Positions 33,334 to 45,298 of a stretch of DNA of 64,000 nt are shown piece by piece (the first letter of the stretch is position 1; the number at the start of each line of letters is the position of its first letter). The notes below the pieces were generated by a model, which worked only from the letters and a program-made list of their open reading frames with translations, ran no database searches and was not told the origin of the DNA. The stretch covers positions 6,469 through 70,468 of the forward strand of contig JAHDHZ010000006.1 of the NCBI GenBank assembly GCA_020631045.1, read 5' to 3'. The stretch is from Flavobacteriales bacterium (GTDB lineage Bacteria > Bacteroidota > Bacteroidia > Flavobacteriales_G > JALEGO01). Made by a program: the position numbers and the translations under genes.

Positions 33334-36300
33334 TTAATGGTGAAATAGTTTCATGCTCTTTAGGAGTCTCTCACCTTGTTTAATTTCAATCAAGTAAATG
33401 CCAGATTGACTTGGCATTTGAAAAGAAATTTGAGCATTTTTTTGAATTTGATTAAAGTTTTTAGAACCTATAACTTGCCCAAGAGCATTGTATAAAGTAA
33501 ATGCAGTAGGAACGTTTGACCCAACTAAAGAAGTGATGCGCGTTTCATTTTCTAATTGCTGTAAAGTAAAATCTTTAGACAATACATCATTTAAACCGAC
33601 AGTAACATTTAAAGAAAGTGTTTGAGTGATTACATCGTCACATCCATTCTCATTGCTTGATACCAGACTAACTGTATATAAACCTGGAGCTTGGTAGGTT
33701 TGTGTAGGATCATCTACAGTTGAGGTGTTGCCGTTGCCAAAATCCCAAGCATAGGTAGTAGCTCCTTGCGAGGTGTTGTTAAATAAAATCTCTTCTCCAA
33801 CAATAAGGGTGTTTGTATCTGTATTGAACCCAGCAATTACTTGAGCAGGCTCTTCAATGGTGTAATTGTAATTTTTAACGCAGGCATTGGCATCTGTGAC
33901 TTGCAAGACATAAGAGCCTCCACTTAAATTAGAGAGAGAATCTCCTGATAAAGCACTGTTGCCCCAAGTAATAACGTAAGGGGTAATACCACCTGAAATA
34001 TTTAAATTGATGGCCCCATTTTGATCACCAAAACAAGATATATTTTCGATGGTTTCTTCAACTAAGAGCTCTGTAGGTGATGCAATTACAAAAGATTCAG
34101 TCTGGCTACACCCTGTCAATGTGTTGGTTAAGGTGATTTGATAATTGCCGTCAGTTAAGTTTGAAATTTGAGCAGTCGTATCTCCATTAGACCACCCATA
34201 GGTATATGTGGCTGAAGGATCTGTAGAGCTAACAGAAGCAGCACCTAAGGTTTGATCACTACATACATTGTTTGTAGTGATTACATCTTGTATCACTTCA
34301 GCTCCTTGGTTAATGGTTGCATTGGTGATGATCGAGCAGCCAGAGCTTGTCTCAGTAATGGTTACAAAATAAGTTGACGGAGAGAGATTGGTAAGTACAT
34401 CTCCTGTCTGGCCATTAGACCAAGCAAATGTTTTGCCTGTATTTCCGTTACTTGCCAAAACAGAGATGCTGCCGTTGTTTGCATCATAACAACTGATATC
34501 TTGAGTCGTAACTTGAGTTGAAAGCAATGAAAGTGGTGCGATGACTTCGATCAAGGCGGTTGACAAAGCTAGATTAGCATCTAATACCTCGACCTTGTAA
34601 ATGCCCTCTTCACTCAAAATAGTTGAATCTGTTGAGTTTGATGTAGTTTCAACTCGAAGGGTGTCGTTGTTTTCATCAATCCATGTAAAGGTATATGGTG
34701 CAACACCTGCCACTTGAACACTAGCCATACCATCATTTGAATTCGCACAAGTAGGTTGTGTTTGTGAAATATTCAAAGGACTCGTAATGTTTAAGAACAG
34801 TCTTCTTAACACAGTATCATTCTTGGTAAATGCATAAGCTTGACCTTCTGTGGTGATTTTTGTAAAAGTTCCTAAAATGGAATCTTCAAGGACAATATTC
34901 TTGTTTTGATTGGTGAAAGCTTCTAGATTATTAAAGGTGATTTGGTAGGTGTCAGTAGATGAAAGTGCTCCATTTCTTCTGTAAAAAACTAAAGGGATTC
35001 TAACGCTTGTTAAATTAGAGGGCAAAGCATTTAATTCAATGAATCTACCTTCGTTGAGCGTTGCGATGTTGATTTGATTGTTTTCATTGCCAAAATCTGA
35101 ATTTTCATGATTCCAGTCATATCCTACAGTTGATTGATCATTTAAGACAATCTGAGCCTCATCAATTCGCTGACCGCCATTTAAGTCTAAGTTAATGCTT
35201 AAGGTTGGAGTTTGAGTGCCTACAACTTTAACAGAATTGTAAGAATCAGCTGCCGCTGATTCAACTTTATCGCTTTCTTGAAAATCAATGCTGGCTGTAC
35301 CATCAACGGCCTGAACAAAAAAGGCTTCTCCTGAAGCAATGACATCTCCAGCACCATCGCCATTGTATGTTACATAATTTCCGCTGTTGTCGTTTTGTAG
35401 TACATAAATCGCTCCACCGTCAGCTCCGGTAATGTTAGACATATTCAAGCTGTCAACATATAGATGTGCTGCGTAAGGATTACCCAGTAAATTCCATCCA
35501 TCACCATAAGTGCATGCTCCTGCAGAGCTTGTAAACGAAAGTCCTGAAATAGAAACATCACCAGAGGCAGGGGTGCCTGAAGTTGTAATGGTATTTCCTG
35601 TATTGTCATAAATGTACCACCCAGAAGTACTTGTGGCGTGATTTAAACTTTGAGCAAACCCTGTTGGGGTAGCGTAATCACACATGGCTTCATCCCAGTA
35701 TGAAATAGAAACAAAAGAACTTGCAGGGTCTTCACTGTCAGGAAATCCGCTAGTATACGTATCGTTTGCCCACTGACCAACATCTGCTGAAGTTACTTGA
35801 GGAGCTAGTGTATACCAGTGTGCAGAATCATCTTCATTTAAAAAGCGTTCAGCGATTAAGTTGCCAGAAAAAGGTGTAGATGGAGCAGCGCCTAAATTAC
35901 CGATTACGGCAGTACCTGTTGCATTTGACTTGAGATAAACACTGCCAGATAAATTAAAGGTTCCGTTTTCAACATCTAATACATTATAGACGTTAAGAAC
36001 AGCTCCCGCCCCGCAAGACAAACCTCCACCTGTATTGTCTAAGAGAATGTTATAAACATTGGTAGTGTCTCCGTCAATGGTCTGCGCCATAGTTGTGCTG
36101 TTGAAACGAATTCTTGAACCATCTGTATAATTAAACCCAGAAGAACCAGCATTGTTTAACCAATTACCTTGCACTGAAAAGTGTTTTTCAGCCCCATTCA
36201 AAGTGCTGCCTGTTTCAATTGAAACATCTCCGAAAGACAAGCTGTCATGTCCAGAATTTAAGTTTAATGTCGTATTGTTGTTGATTTGTACAGCACCTAA

Positions 36301-37605
36301 AAAGCTAAGACCTTCAATGTTTTGAGAAGATCCTAAAAAGCGAATGGTATCAGCGTTTGATCCGTTAAAGGTTCCTAAATCTTTGAAGTTTCCGTTTATA
36401 GTAAATCCTTGATTGTAAGAAAACACACCGTTAGTATCTACTAAAAATTCATTTGTTGTAACATCAGAGCTGGCATCTAAAACAACCCCCCCAACAACAT
36501 TTGTGTTTGACACTTTGAACAATCCATCAAACGTAGAAGTGCCAAATACTGTTTGAGTACCCGTGCCTACAAAGTCAAAAGTGTCTGTGGTAAGTAAATT
36601 TAAAGTGCCTTGATTATAAAAATCATTATTTAGATAAATATTGTTGTTGTTAGAATTTAAAATTCCGCCAGAAGCAATGCGAAGATCACCTAAAATTGAC
36701 GAGGCTTCAACATCAGTGCTCAAGTTTAAGCCAGAAGCATTTGAAACATATAAGTCATGATATTCAAAAGTTGAAACATGGCTGAACGATTGAGTTGCTG
36801 ATCCGTTGTAGTAAAAAGAAGAGGTATTTGATGCGTCAGCATTAATAGTTGCTCCATTTACAACAGTAAGCGTTCCATTTAAAAACACAGTAGCATCTGC
36901 GGTCTGCATATCAAGGGTTAAAGATGAAGCTGGTGCAGCAGATGGATTCGTGAAGCTTAGATTGTTGACTATAAGAGTGTCATTTACATCAATAGTAACA
37001 GAAGATCCACTACCGACAATAGTTGTTGCAAGTTGACTAGAAATAGTTGCTTGATCGTTAACATTTAAGCTAACATTTCCTCCGCTAATGCCTATAAGTA
37101 CTAAATTACTTGCGACATTTAAATCACCCGATACATTCCAAGTAATTACCGTGCCTGATTGTGCAAATAGACTGTTGTTTCCTGAGGCTAAATTTAAATT
37201 CATCTCGCCGTTCTGGTCTATAGTAGTATTGCCTGATGCTAGATTGCCACCAAAAGAACCTGCTACATTTACAACACCATTATTTGTGAAAATCAATGCT
37301 GCGCCAACTCCTGATGTTTGTTGAATAGTAACAGCGCCATTTATATTCAGCGTATCACCTGCAGAGACCGTAACTAGGTGAAAAAATCCGCCATTGATGG
37401 TTAGGTTGTTGCATTCAGCATTTTCTGATGTAGTAATAAAATGGTCTGCATTAATTATAACATTGTCTGCAGGGCCAGGAATACATCCGCAATCCCAAGA
37501 ATCTTCAGAGCTCCAATCAGTATCAATACCAGTTGAGTTGATTTGGGCAACAACAATGCTTTGTATTGTTAGGGTAAGGGCGAAAAAAGTAAATAATTTC
37601 TTCAT
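33334..37605 (-). CDS. giant secreted adhesin-like protein: beta-helix-like N-terminal region, SprB-type repeats, PKD-like domain, T9SS type A-like C-terminal domain
   Basis: 1423 aa with a signal peptide. The ~600-aa N/G/T/S-rich region has a short repetitive strand pattern. SprB-type units are present (CANSNDGMASVQVAGVAPYTFTWID; CYDANNGSISVLASNG; CFGDQNGAINLNISGGITPYVITWG), plus the PKD-like YAWDFGNGNTSTVDDPTQTYQAPGLYTVSLV. The C-terminus is FTLYNALGQVIGSKNF...GIYLIEIKQGERLLKSMKLFHH. Confidence 0.75.
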   Translation of the reverse strand: MKKLFTFFALTLTIQSIVVAQINSTGIDTDWSSEDSWDCGCIPGPADNVIINADHFITTSENAECNNLTINGGFFHLVTVSAGDTLNINGAVTIQQTSGVGAALIFTNNGVVNVAGSFGGNLASGNTTIDQNGEMNLNLASGNNSLFAQSGTVITWNVSGDLNVASNLVLIGISGGNVSLNVNDQATISSQLATTIVGSGSSVTIDVNDTLIVNNLSFTNPSAAPASSLTLDMQTADATVFLNGTLTVVNGATINADASNTSSFYYNGSATQSFSHVSTFEYHDLYVSNASGLNLSTDVEASSILGDLRIASGGILNSNNNNIYLNNDFYNQGTLNLLTTDTFDFVGTGTQTVFGTSTFDGLFKVSNTNVVGGVVLDASSDVTTNEFLVDTNGVFSYNQGFTINGNFKDLGTFNGSNADTIRFLGSSQNIEGLSFLGAVQINNNTTLNLNSGHDSLSFGDVSIETGSTLNGAEKHFSVQGNWLNNAGSSGFNYTDGSRIRFNSTTMAQTIDGDTTNVYNILLDNTGGGLSCGAGAVLNVYNVLDVENGTFNLSGSVYLKSNATGTAVIGNLGAAPSTPFSGNLIAERFLNEDDSAHWYTLAPQVTSADVGQWANDTYTSGFPDSEDPASSFVSISYWDEAMCDYATPTGFAQSLNHATSTSGWYIYDNTGNTITTSGTPASGDVSISGLSFTSSAGACTYGDGWNLLGNPYAAHLYVDSLNMSNITGADGGAIYVLQNDNSGNYVTYNGDGAGDVIASGEAFFVQAVDGTASIDFQESDKVESAAADSYNSVKVVGTQTPTLSINLDLNGGQRIDEAQIVLNDQSTVGYDWNHENSDFGNENNQINIATLNEGRFIELNALPSNLTSVRIPLVFYRRNGALSSTDTYQITFNNLEAFTNQNKNIVLEDSILGTFTKITTEGQAYAFTKNDTVLRRLFLNITSPLNISQTQPTCANSNDGMASVQVAGVAPYTFTWIDENNDTLRVETTSNSTDSTILSEEGIYKVEVLDANLALSTALIEVIAPLSLLSTQVTTQDISCYDANNGSISVLASNGNTGKTFAWSNGQTGDVLTNLSPSTYFVTITETSSGCSIITNATINQGAEVIQDVITTNNVCSDQTLGAASVSSTDPSATYTYGWSNGDTTAQISNLTDGNYQITLTNTLTGCSQTESFVIASPTELLVEETIENISCFGDQNGAINLNISGGITPYVITWGNSALSGDSLSNLSGGSYVLQVTDANACVKNYNYTIEEPAQVIAGFNTDTNTLIVGEEILFNNTSQGATTYAWDFGNGNTSTVDDPTQTYQAPGLYTVSLVSSNENGCDDVITQTLSLNVTVGLNDVLSKDFTLQQLENETRITSLVGSNVPTAFTLYNALGQVIGSKNFNQIQKNAQISFQMPSQSGIYLIEIKQGERLLKSMKLFHH

Positions 37606-37609
37606 GTGA

Positions 37610-38179
37610 TTATAGGTTAAGGAGTTGTTTTTTTAGCGTTTCGTCTACAGAATTTGGACCAAGCCAAACGCGCAACAATGCTTTTTTAAACGCTGGTTTT
37701 TCAATGGTCTTTTTAAGTGTGTTGTTGATGTAGAATTCAAGGCCTTTTTCAGGACTGTATTTAAGATTACAATGATCGCCTTTGCTTAAGTTAGAGCTTT
37801 CAAATACGCCAATAAAACTATTTATTTCTTTTTCAAGAGAACTGATGTCTCCGTTCATGGCTTTGATGAACCCTTCTTTTGTTGCTTCTGCCATTTTTTC
37901 TCCCGTAATTAAAGAAGAGACAATGGTAATAGACATCACAAAGGAACTATTGGCATTGATGATGTTCGTTGCATTGTTGTCTCTTTTATTTAAATACAAT
38001 CCTGCGACATAAAGATCTAAAAACCATTTTTCTCTAAGGCCTGCGCCATTCAGTACAAGTGTTTCGCCGTTGTAGGTCACTTTTTCATCAAAACGAATGC
38101 CTTCAACAGTTTTTTGTGCAAGACCACATTCGCAAATCAGAGAAAGTGCTATAAATAGTGTGATGATGTGTGATTTCAT
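37610..38179 (-). CDS. chalcone-isomerase-like family protein (secreted)
   Basis: VEGIRFDEKVTYNGETLVLNGAGLREKWFLDLYVAGLYL...FKKALLRVWLGPNSVDETLKKQLL matches the bacterial chalcone-isomerase-like family pattern. The ATG at 38179 (MKSHIITLFIALSL, a signal peptide) is preferred over 38200. Confidence 0.75.
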   Translation of the reverse strand: MKSHIITLFIALSLICECGLAQKTVEGIRFDEKVTYNGETLVLNGAGLREKWFLDLYVAGLYLNKRDNNATNIINANSSFVMSITIVSSLITGEKMAEATKEGFIKAMNGDISSLEKEINSFIGVFESSNLSKGDHCNLKYSPEKGLEFYINNTLKKTIEKPAFKKALLRVWLGPNSVDETLKKQLLNL

Positions 38180-38255
38180 ACTTAGTTTTTTGATTAACAC
38201 AATGAACCGAGACTAAGATATAAAGATTTTTGAAATACAAGTCTATTGCAAAGAG

Positions 38256-41200
38256 CTATTTTATAAGCTGTACATAGCCTGTTTGGCGAATGGTTTCACC
38301 ATTTAAGTCTTTGTACTTTATTTGCCATAAGTATAAACCCTTATCACACGTTCTTTGTTTTAAGTCATGGCCAGTCCACTGAAATTCTAAATCTGACGAT
38401 TCATATACTAGATTTGACCATCTATTGTAGATTTCAATTGAAAAGCTTGAAGTGTCAATACCACAAGACTCCATGTTAAAGGCATCGTTTAAGAAATCTT
38501 CATTCGGAGAAAATGCGGTAGGAATAAATAAGTGTTGTTTTTGTTCTAGTCTAATGATTTTTGAAGTGCTATCGGAGCAACCAGAATCACTTGAAACAAT
38601 GAGTTTGACTTCAAATTCACTGCCTTGAAGTTCATCTAGATTTGCAGTAAACTGTTCTTGATCAGATTCAATTGTTTGGTTGTTGTTTGCTAGAGTTGAT
38701 TCAATCATCCACTCAAAATCAGAACTTAATAAAGAAGTGTTTTCAAGAAGAATGTTTTGGTTGAATTCATCTAACGTATGTGCTTGTAGTGTGTAATTAA
38801 AACCTGCAGTAGGGCTTTCAAATACACGCACAAAGCTAGGTTTAATGAGCGTGTCGTAACATGAATTCCCATATTCGAGAGCTAGGCCAACATCATAAAT
38901 CCCAGGATTTTGAAAAGTAAATACAGTAGAATCACAAGCCCCACCAATAGTAGCGATAGAGTCAATTATCCACACACATTGCGTGAAACCTAAAATAGAT
39001 AAATCGGTGTTGTTTGTTAGATGAGTTTCAAGTGGAGCGCATCCATTTTGTAAAGAGCTTGTAAAGTCAAAATTTGGAATTTCAAAATATTCAAACACAA
39101 AGGTGAGTGTATCTTCTGTTGAGCATCCATCTGAAATCACTACATCATAAAAATCTTGATCGGGGAAACTCCCTTGAGCTTGAATCTGTTCGATTTGATT
39201 GTTGCTTTGGTTGTGAATCCATAAGTAGTTTAAGGTAGAGTCAGGGTGTCCGCCAAAGCCTTCTGCAGTGTAATTAAATATAGCCCCGTTGCAGGTGTTG
39301 ATCAATAAGCTGTCTGCACTCGTAATAGGAGCATGCAAATCAATGCATATGATTTCACTTTGATCTGAGCACCCATTTGCATCAGTTATTTCAAGACCAT
39401 AACATAAAGCTGTGGTGTCATTGGTAGCAATCATTTCACTTGTCTGACCGTTATTCCATAAATAACTAAAGGGCATGGTTCCGTTTTGAATATTGCCCAT
39501 TAAATCAAGGCTAGATCCAAAACACAATGTAGTGTCAGAGTAATTAAGTGATACATTGGGTGGATTGATGAATTCTATAGCCAGCCCCTCTAGAACAGTA
39601 TCACATGCATTGCCATCGGTAACGGTTAAGCTGTATAGGCCTGTGTCTAGATTTATGATGTTGTTAGATGTAGCACCCGTATTCCATAAATAAGAAAGAG
39701 GTGGGTTCACATTATTTAAATTCATGACCTGTAGACTTCCACTAGGAGCAGTACAACTTGAATTTTGTAGATCTAAATCAAAAGTAAGCGAAGGAACAAA
39801 TGAAACAGAAAAAGTAGAATCAAGTGTGCATCCTTTAGCATCAGTAATGCTAACCGTATAATTGCCCTGACAAATAGAAAATAAAGTGTCGGTATTCACA
39901 AATGGCAAAGGGCTCCACTGAACTTGAAAAGGAGCAAATGATCCTGTAGGGCTCACCCAAGCTTTTGCATTGCAAGAACCATTTTTACACGTAACTGGGA
40001 GGGTTTTTAAATTAGGTGTAATCTGATTTGTGTCAAGTAACTCAATTTCAATACTGTCATAGCATTGTTGGGCACTTTGGGCAACAACCAAATAAGAACC
40101 AGCAAAAAGATTTGAAAAAGTATTACTAGTCTGCCAGTTCAATCCACTGTCAATTGAGTAGTTTGTAGTATTTGTACTTTGAATAGAAATTTCTCCAGAG
40201 CTTTCTTCAAAACAAATGGGAGATGTGACAACTGTTGTATCGATTAAATCAATCGGAGATTCGTAAAAAAAAGAATCTACATAGGTGCATGAAGGGCTTT
40301 GATTATAAGATAAGTAAAACCAAGTGTCTTGGTCAATAGAAGAAAGCTTTAGCGAAGCGTTGTTTGGTGTATTTATTGTGAATCCAGGATTGTTTTCACT
40401 CCAATTAAAAGAAGTGTTTGGTAAAGCACTGAATCCAAATGCACTTTGAAGTGTAGCTGGTGTAGAAGGAATGTTAAACTTAGCAGCTGTTGAAAAATTA
40501 TTTGTACTGGTGAAATTTTGATTGATTGTTCCCGTTGAAATGATGTGAGTGGAGTCATAACAAAGAGGATTGTTGTTTTTAAAGGTGATGGTTGCTGAGT
40601 GTAGAATGCCATTTTCGGCAGTGCTATTCTCGCTATCAAGAATGCTCAATGACCAACCCGGGTCTTGAACATTGCAACCTATAAAACCGTTTGGTGTAGC
40701 ATTTGTAGGGTAGTTAGGCGAGGGGTTTGACGCATTCCACCAAGCGTGAGTACCTGAAGAGGGAATCGATAAGTCTGAACAATTGAATGAAAGTTGCGCT
40801 AAAGAATCAGAATGAAAACACAAATTTGTGGCATTTGTAATGGATGGAAAACATGCGGTTAAGGTGTTGATTGATGCTGCATCAGGATGTACAATAGCTG
40901 TGGGTGAGCCACAAGAAGCGGGGCCTTCGAGTACATAGCCAAGTTGGTAGGTTTCATCATGCGTTATGTTCAGGCATATTTCTATAGAAGTATTGGCATC
41001 ATATATAAAGTCATTTTTAGGAGGTAAATAGTAGGTGAAATTTTGAATTGCTGAAAATTCTGCTGCAATACAAAATGAATCACAGTCATTTTTTGAAACA
41101 TTGAATAAAGCTTTTGCTGTGTCTTGAAACACCCAAGCCTGATCACAAGCTAAAAAATTGCCATTTTCTGTAACAACGACTCTATACCCGCCCTCACTTA

Positions 41201-41504
41201 AATTACTAATACTACTTGAAGTGCTGTTTTCAATAGCGTACTGAGTGAATTTATTTAAAGTAGCATCGTATTTATACCAGTTGTAAGTTAGCGTGTTTGT
41301 TGTTGGATGTTGGGCGTTAAGCTCAAGAGATTGATTTTTACAAAAAATATAAATTGAATCTTCTAATTGCCCAGCAATATTGTAGTTGGTCAGGTATGCT
41401 TGAGTTGCGCTGGGTGCCGAAATTTGAGCTACTGATTCTAAGTAGGCTCCAAAGAAGCAAAACAATAAACTACAAACCAATACCCTTAATTGCATAACTT
41501 TCAA
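38256..41504 (-). CDS. large secreted protein with SprB-type repeats, PKD-like domains and T9SS type B (gliding-motility-associated) C-terminal sorting domain
   Basis: 1082 aa. The C-terminus LFIPTAFSPNEDFLNDAFNM...IEIYNRWSNLVYES...FQWTGHDL...GLYLWQIKYKDLNGETIRQTGYVQLIK is the type B CTD pattern. A degenerate P-domain-like block is present (CLNITHDETYQLGYVLEGPASCGSPTAIV...GWSLSILDSENSTAENGILHSATITF). The track start is a TTG at 41504, and the ATG at 41495 is equally plausible. Confidence 0.8.
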   Translation of the reverse strand: MKVMQLRVLVCSLLFCFFGAYLESVAQISAPSATQAYLTNYNIAGQLEDSIYIFCKNQSLELNAQHPTTNTLTYNWYKYDATLNKFTQYAIENSTSSSISNLSEGGYRVVVTENGNFLACDQAWVFQDTAKALFNVSKNDCDSFCIAAEFSAIQNFTYYLPPKNDFIYDANTSIEICLNITHDETYQLGYVLEGPASCGSPTAIVHPDAASINTLTACFPSITNATNLCFHSDSLAQLSFNCSDLSIPSSGTHAWWNASNPSPNYPTNATPNGFIGCNVQDPGWSLSILDSENSTAENGILHSATITFKNNNPLCYDSTHIISTGTINQNFTSTNNFSTAAKFNIPSTPATLQSAFGFSALPNTSFNWSENNPGFTINTPNNASLKLSSIDQDTWFYLSYNQSPSCTYVDSFFYESPIDLIDTTVVTSPICFEESSGEISIQSTNTTNYSIDSGLNWQTSNTFSNLFAGSYLVVAQSAQQCYDSIEIELLDTNQITPNLKTLPVTCKNGSCNAKAWVSPTGSFAPFQVQWSPLPFVNTDTLFSICQGNYTVSITDAKGCTLDSTFSVSFVPSLTFDLDLQNSSCTAPSGSLQVMNLNNVNPPLSYLWNTGATSNNIINLDTGLYSLTVTDGNACDTVLEGLAIEFINPPNVSLNYSDTTLCFGSSLDLMGNIQNGTMPFSYLWNNGQTSEMIATNDTTALCYGLEITDANGCSDQSEIICIDLHAPITSADSLLINTCNGAIFNYTAEGFGGHPDSTLNYLWIHNQSNNQIEQIQAQGSFPDQDFYDVVISDGCSTEDTLTFVFEYFEIPNFDFTSSLQNGCAPLETHLTNNTDLSILGFTQCVWIIDSIATIGGACDSTVFTFQNPGIYDVGLALEYGNSCYDTLIKPSFVRVFESPTAGFNYTLQAHTLDEFNQNILLENTSLLSSDFEWMIESTLANNNQTIESDQEQFTANLDELQGSEFEVKLIVSSDSGCSDSTSKIIRLEQKQHLFIPTAFSPNEDFLNDAFNMESCGIDTSSFSIEIYNRWSNLVYESSDLEFQWTGHDLKQRTCDKGLYLWQIKYKDLNGETIRQTGYVQLIK

Positions 41505-41569
41505 ATGCTTATCGAAAGATACACATAAAAGTTGCCTTTGAGAACTTTTAAACTTAGGCTTTTTTGATT

Positions 41570-43591
<2,022 letters not shown>

Positions 43592-43621
43592 TTATCAACA
43601 GGCAATTAACAATTTAGGACG

Positions 43622-45298
43622 CTAAAAAATGAGCTTAATTCCGCCTAAAACATGAATGGATTGCACCGGAAAATTATTGAACAACTCATAGCGTTGAGCT
43701 GCTAAGTTTCTACCTGCAAGAAAGGCAGAAATTTTAGTTGAATATCTGTATTCTAAAGACAAGTTTAAGTCAATGATAGAACCCAATTGTTTTACGTTAT
43801 AGCTGTTAGAGCTTTGATTGAATATCTTAGTTTTTCTTTTTGCCCAAAAGTTTGCCTCAGCAGAAGTGATGAGCTTGTCTGATATATAATATCTTGCTTC
43901 AATGGCAAACGTAAAGTTGGGTAAGTTCCAAGCAACAGTGTCAATTTCAGGACGATATTCAATGCGAGAGGCTCTTGCGTTAAGCTCGTATTTTTTTTGT
44001 TTGAGCAATGAGAACTCTGCATTTAAAGCACTGAAATTAACATTGTCATAAATGACCATAAACCTGTTTGAGATCAGAGAAGTTGAGTCATTGATAAATA
44101 AGTGTTGGTTTCGATTAGAGCCCAGTTCAAAGTAGATGTTGGTGCTCATTTGATCAGATAAGTTTACTGAAAGGCCGAGCTTTAAATTGTATAGCTGATT
44201 TAAGTTGTTAAGCACTAAGTTAGGACTGTATAAAAATGGGTTTTCTTGGGTTAAATTTTTGAAATCAGTACGTTCAATGCCTCCTTGCAGGCTAATATAA
44301 GGAGTGAAAATATTATCTAAAATGCCGTATTTAGCAGAAATATTTGGCCTAAAAGCAAAGCGAGCACTAGAGTCAATTTCTGAGAAAATAGAAGCCCCTA
44401 ATTCAATGTCTAGGCCTTGGTAATTTGTCATGAAAACGGGCTTTAGAGCAATGATGGTGTTGTTGAAACTAATTGAATCTGAGCGCTTGAAATTATTGTG
44501 GTTTACATTTATGGTGGTTTTTAAAACATCGTTTGTTGAAACCTCATAATTGTATTGGCCATTCAAATTGAATTGATGTTGCTGTGCGCCGATTTTGTCT
44601 TGCCAAAAATGATAGCCCCCGCCGTATTTATAACCCGACTCTACCAGAGATTCATCTCTGATAAGGGTAGAGTTTTCAAACTCAATGCTTGGCCCGAAAT
44701 AGTGCTGGGCAGTATTTTGTCTGTTGAGCGTGGGGTTGAATACTGGGTCGTATCCGTAGTAATGGTATTTGTTAAAGTTAAATGCTGTTTTAAGCGAGAA
44801 CTGTGCGGTGGCGTCATATCTTTTATTCAGAGAATAAGAGATGTGATTTGTCATGAAACCTGCGTAGCCTGTTTCTTTTAAATCAGTTCCCATGCCTTTA
44901 TGAGCGATGTTAAATGATTCATTTTTTTTGCTTGATCGCAGGTTAGATCTTGAGTAATCAAGCAAGGTGTTTAAATTGCTGCCGATGCCTGCTGTTAAAT
45001 AATTTCTGTAAAGTCTCGGAAGTTTTTCGCGTTTCATTTTTACGGCCTCAACCTCTGATGGGTCAAAACGCACAGCGACATCTTTTTCTATAAACGGATA
45101 GGTTACCTCAAGACGCTCAACATTGGTTTTGAGCATAGTGGGGAGTGTCGATATTTTTTTAGACCCTTCTTTTACCTCAGGTTTAAATGATTTAATGATG
45201 TAAATATCATCTGTTTTTAAGCTGTCGTTTTGAGAGATAGCAAAATTGCTTGTAAGCAAAACAAAGCCATAAGCGATATGTGTAAGCCATTTATTCAT
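43622..45298 (-). CDS. large outer-membrane beta-barrel protein (putative porin-like), unknown function
   Basis: 558 aa with signal peptide MNKWLTHIAYGFVLLTSNFAISQ. It has abundant alternating aromatic/polar strands and the C-terminal ...HVLGGIKLIF terminal-Phe OMP signature. Its start overlaps the upstream TPR gene by 8 nt. Confidence 0.6.
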   Translation of the reverse strand: MNKWLTHIAYGFVLLTSNFAISQNDSLKTDDIYIIKSFKPEVKEGSKKISTLPTMLKTNVERLEVTYPFIEKDVAVRFDPSEVEAVKMKREKLPRLYRNYLTAGIGSNLNTLLDYSRSNLRSSKKNESFNIAHKGMGTDLKETGYAGFMTNHISYSLNKRYDATAQFSLKTAFNFNKYHYYGYDPVFNPTLNRQNTAQHYFGPSIEFENSTLIRDESLVESGYKYGGGYHFWQDKIGAQQHQFNLNGQYNYEVSTNDVLKTTINVNHNNFKRSDSISFNNTIIALKPVFMTNYQGLDIELGASIFSEIDSSARFAFRPNISAKYGILDNIFTPYISLQGGIERTDFKNLTQENPFLYSPNLVLNNLNQLYNLKLGLSVNLSDQMSTNIYFELGSNRNQHLFINDSTSLISNRFMVIYDNVNFSALNAEFSLLKQKKYELNARASRIEYRPEIDTVAWNLPNFTFAIEARYYISDKLITSAEANFWAKRKTKIFNQSSNSYNVKQLGSIIDLNLSLEYRYSTKISAFLAGRNLAAQRYELFNNFPVQSIHVLGGIKLIF

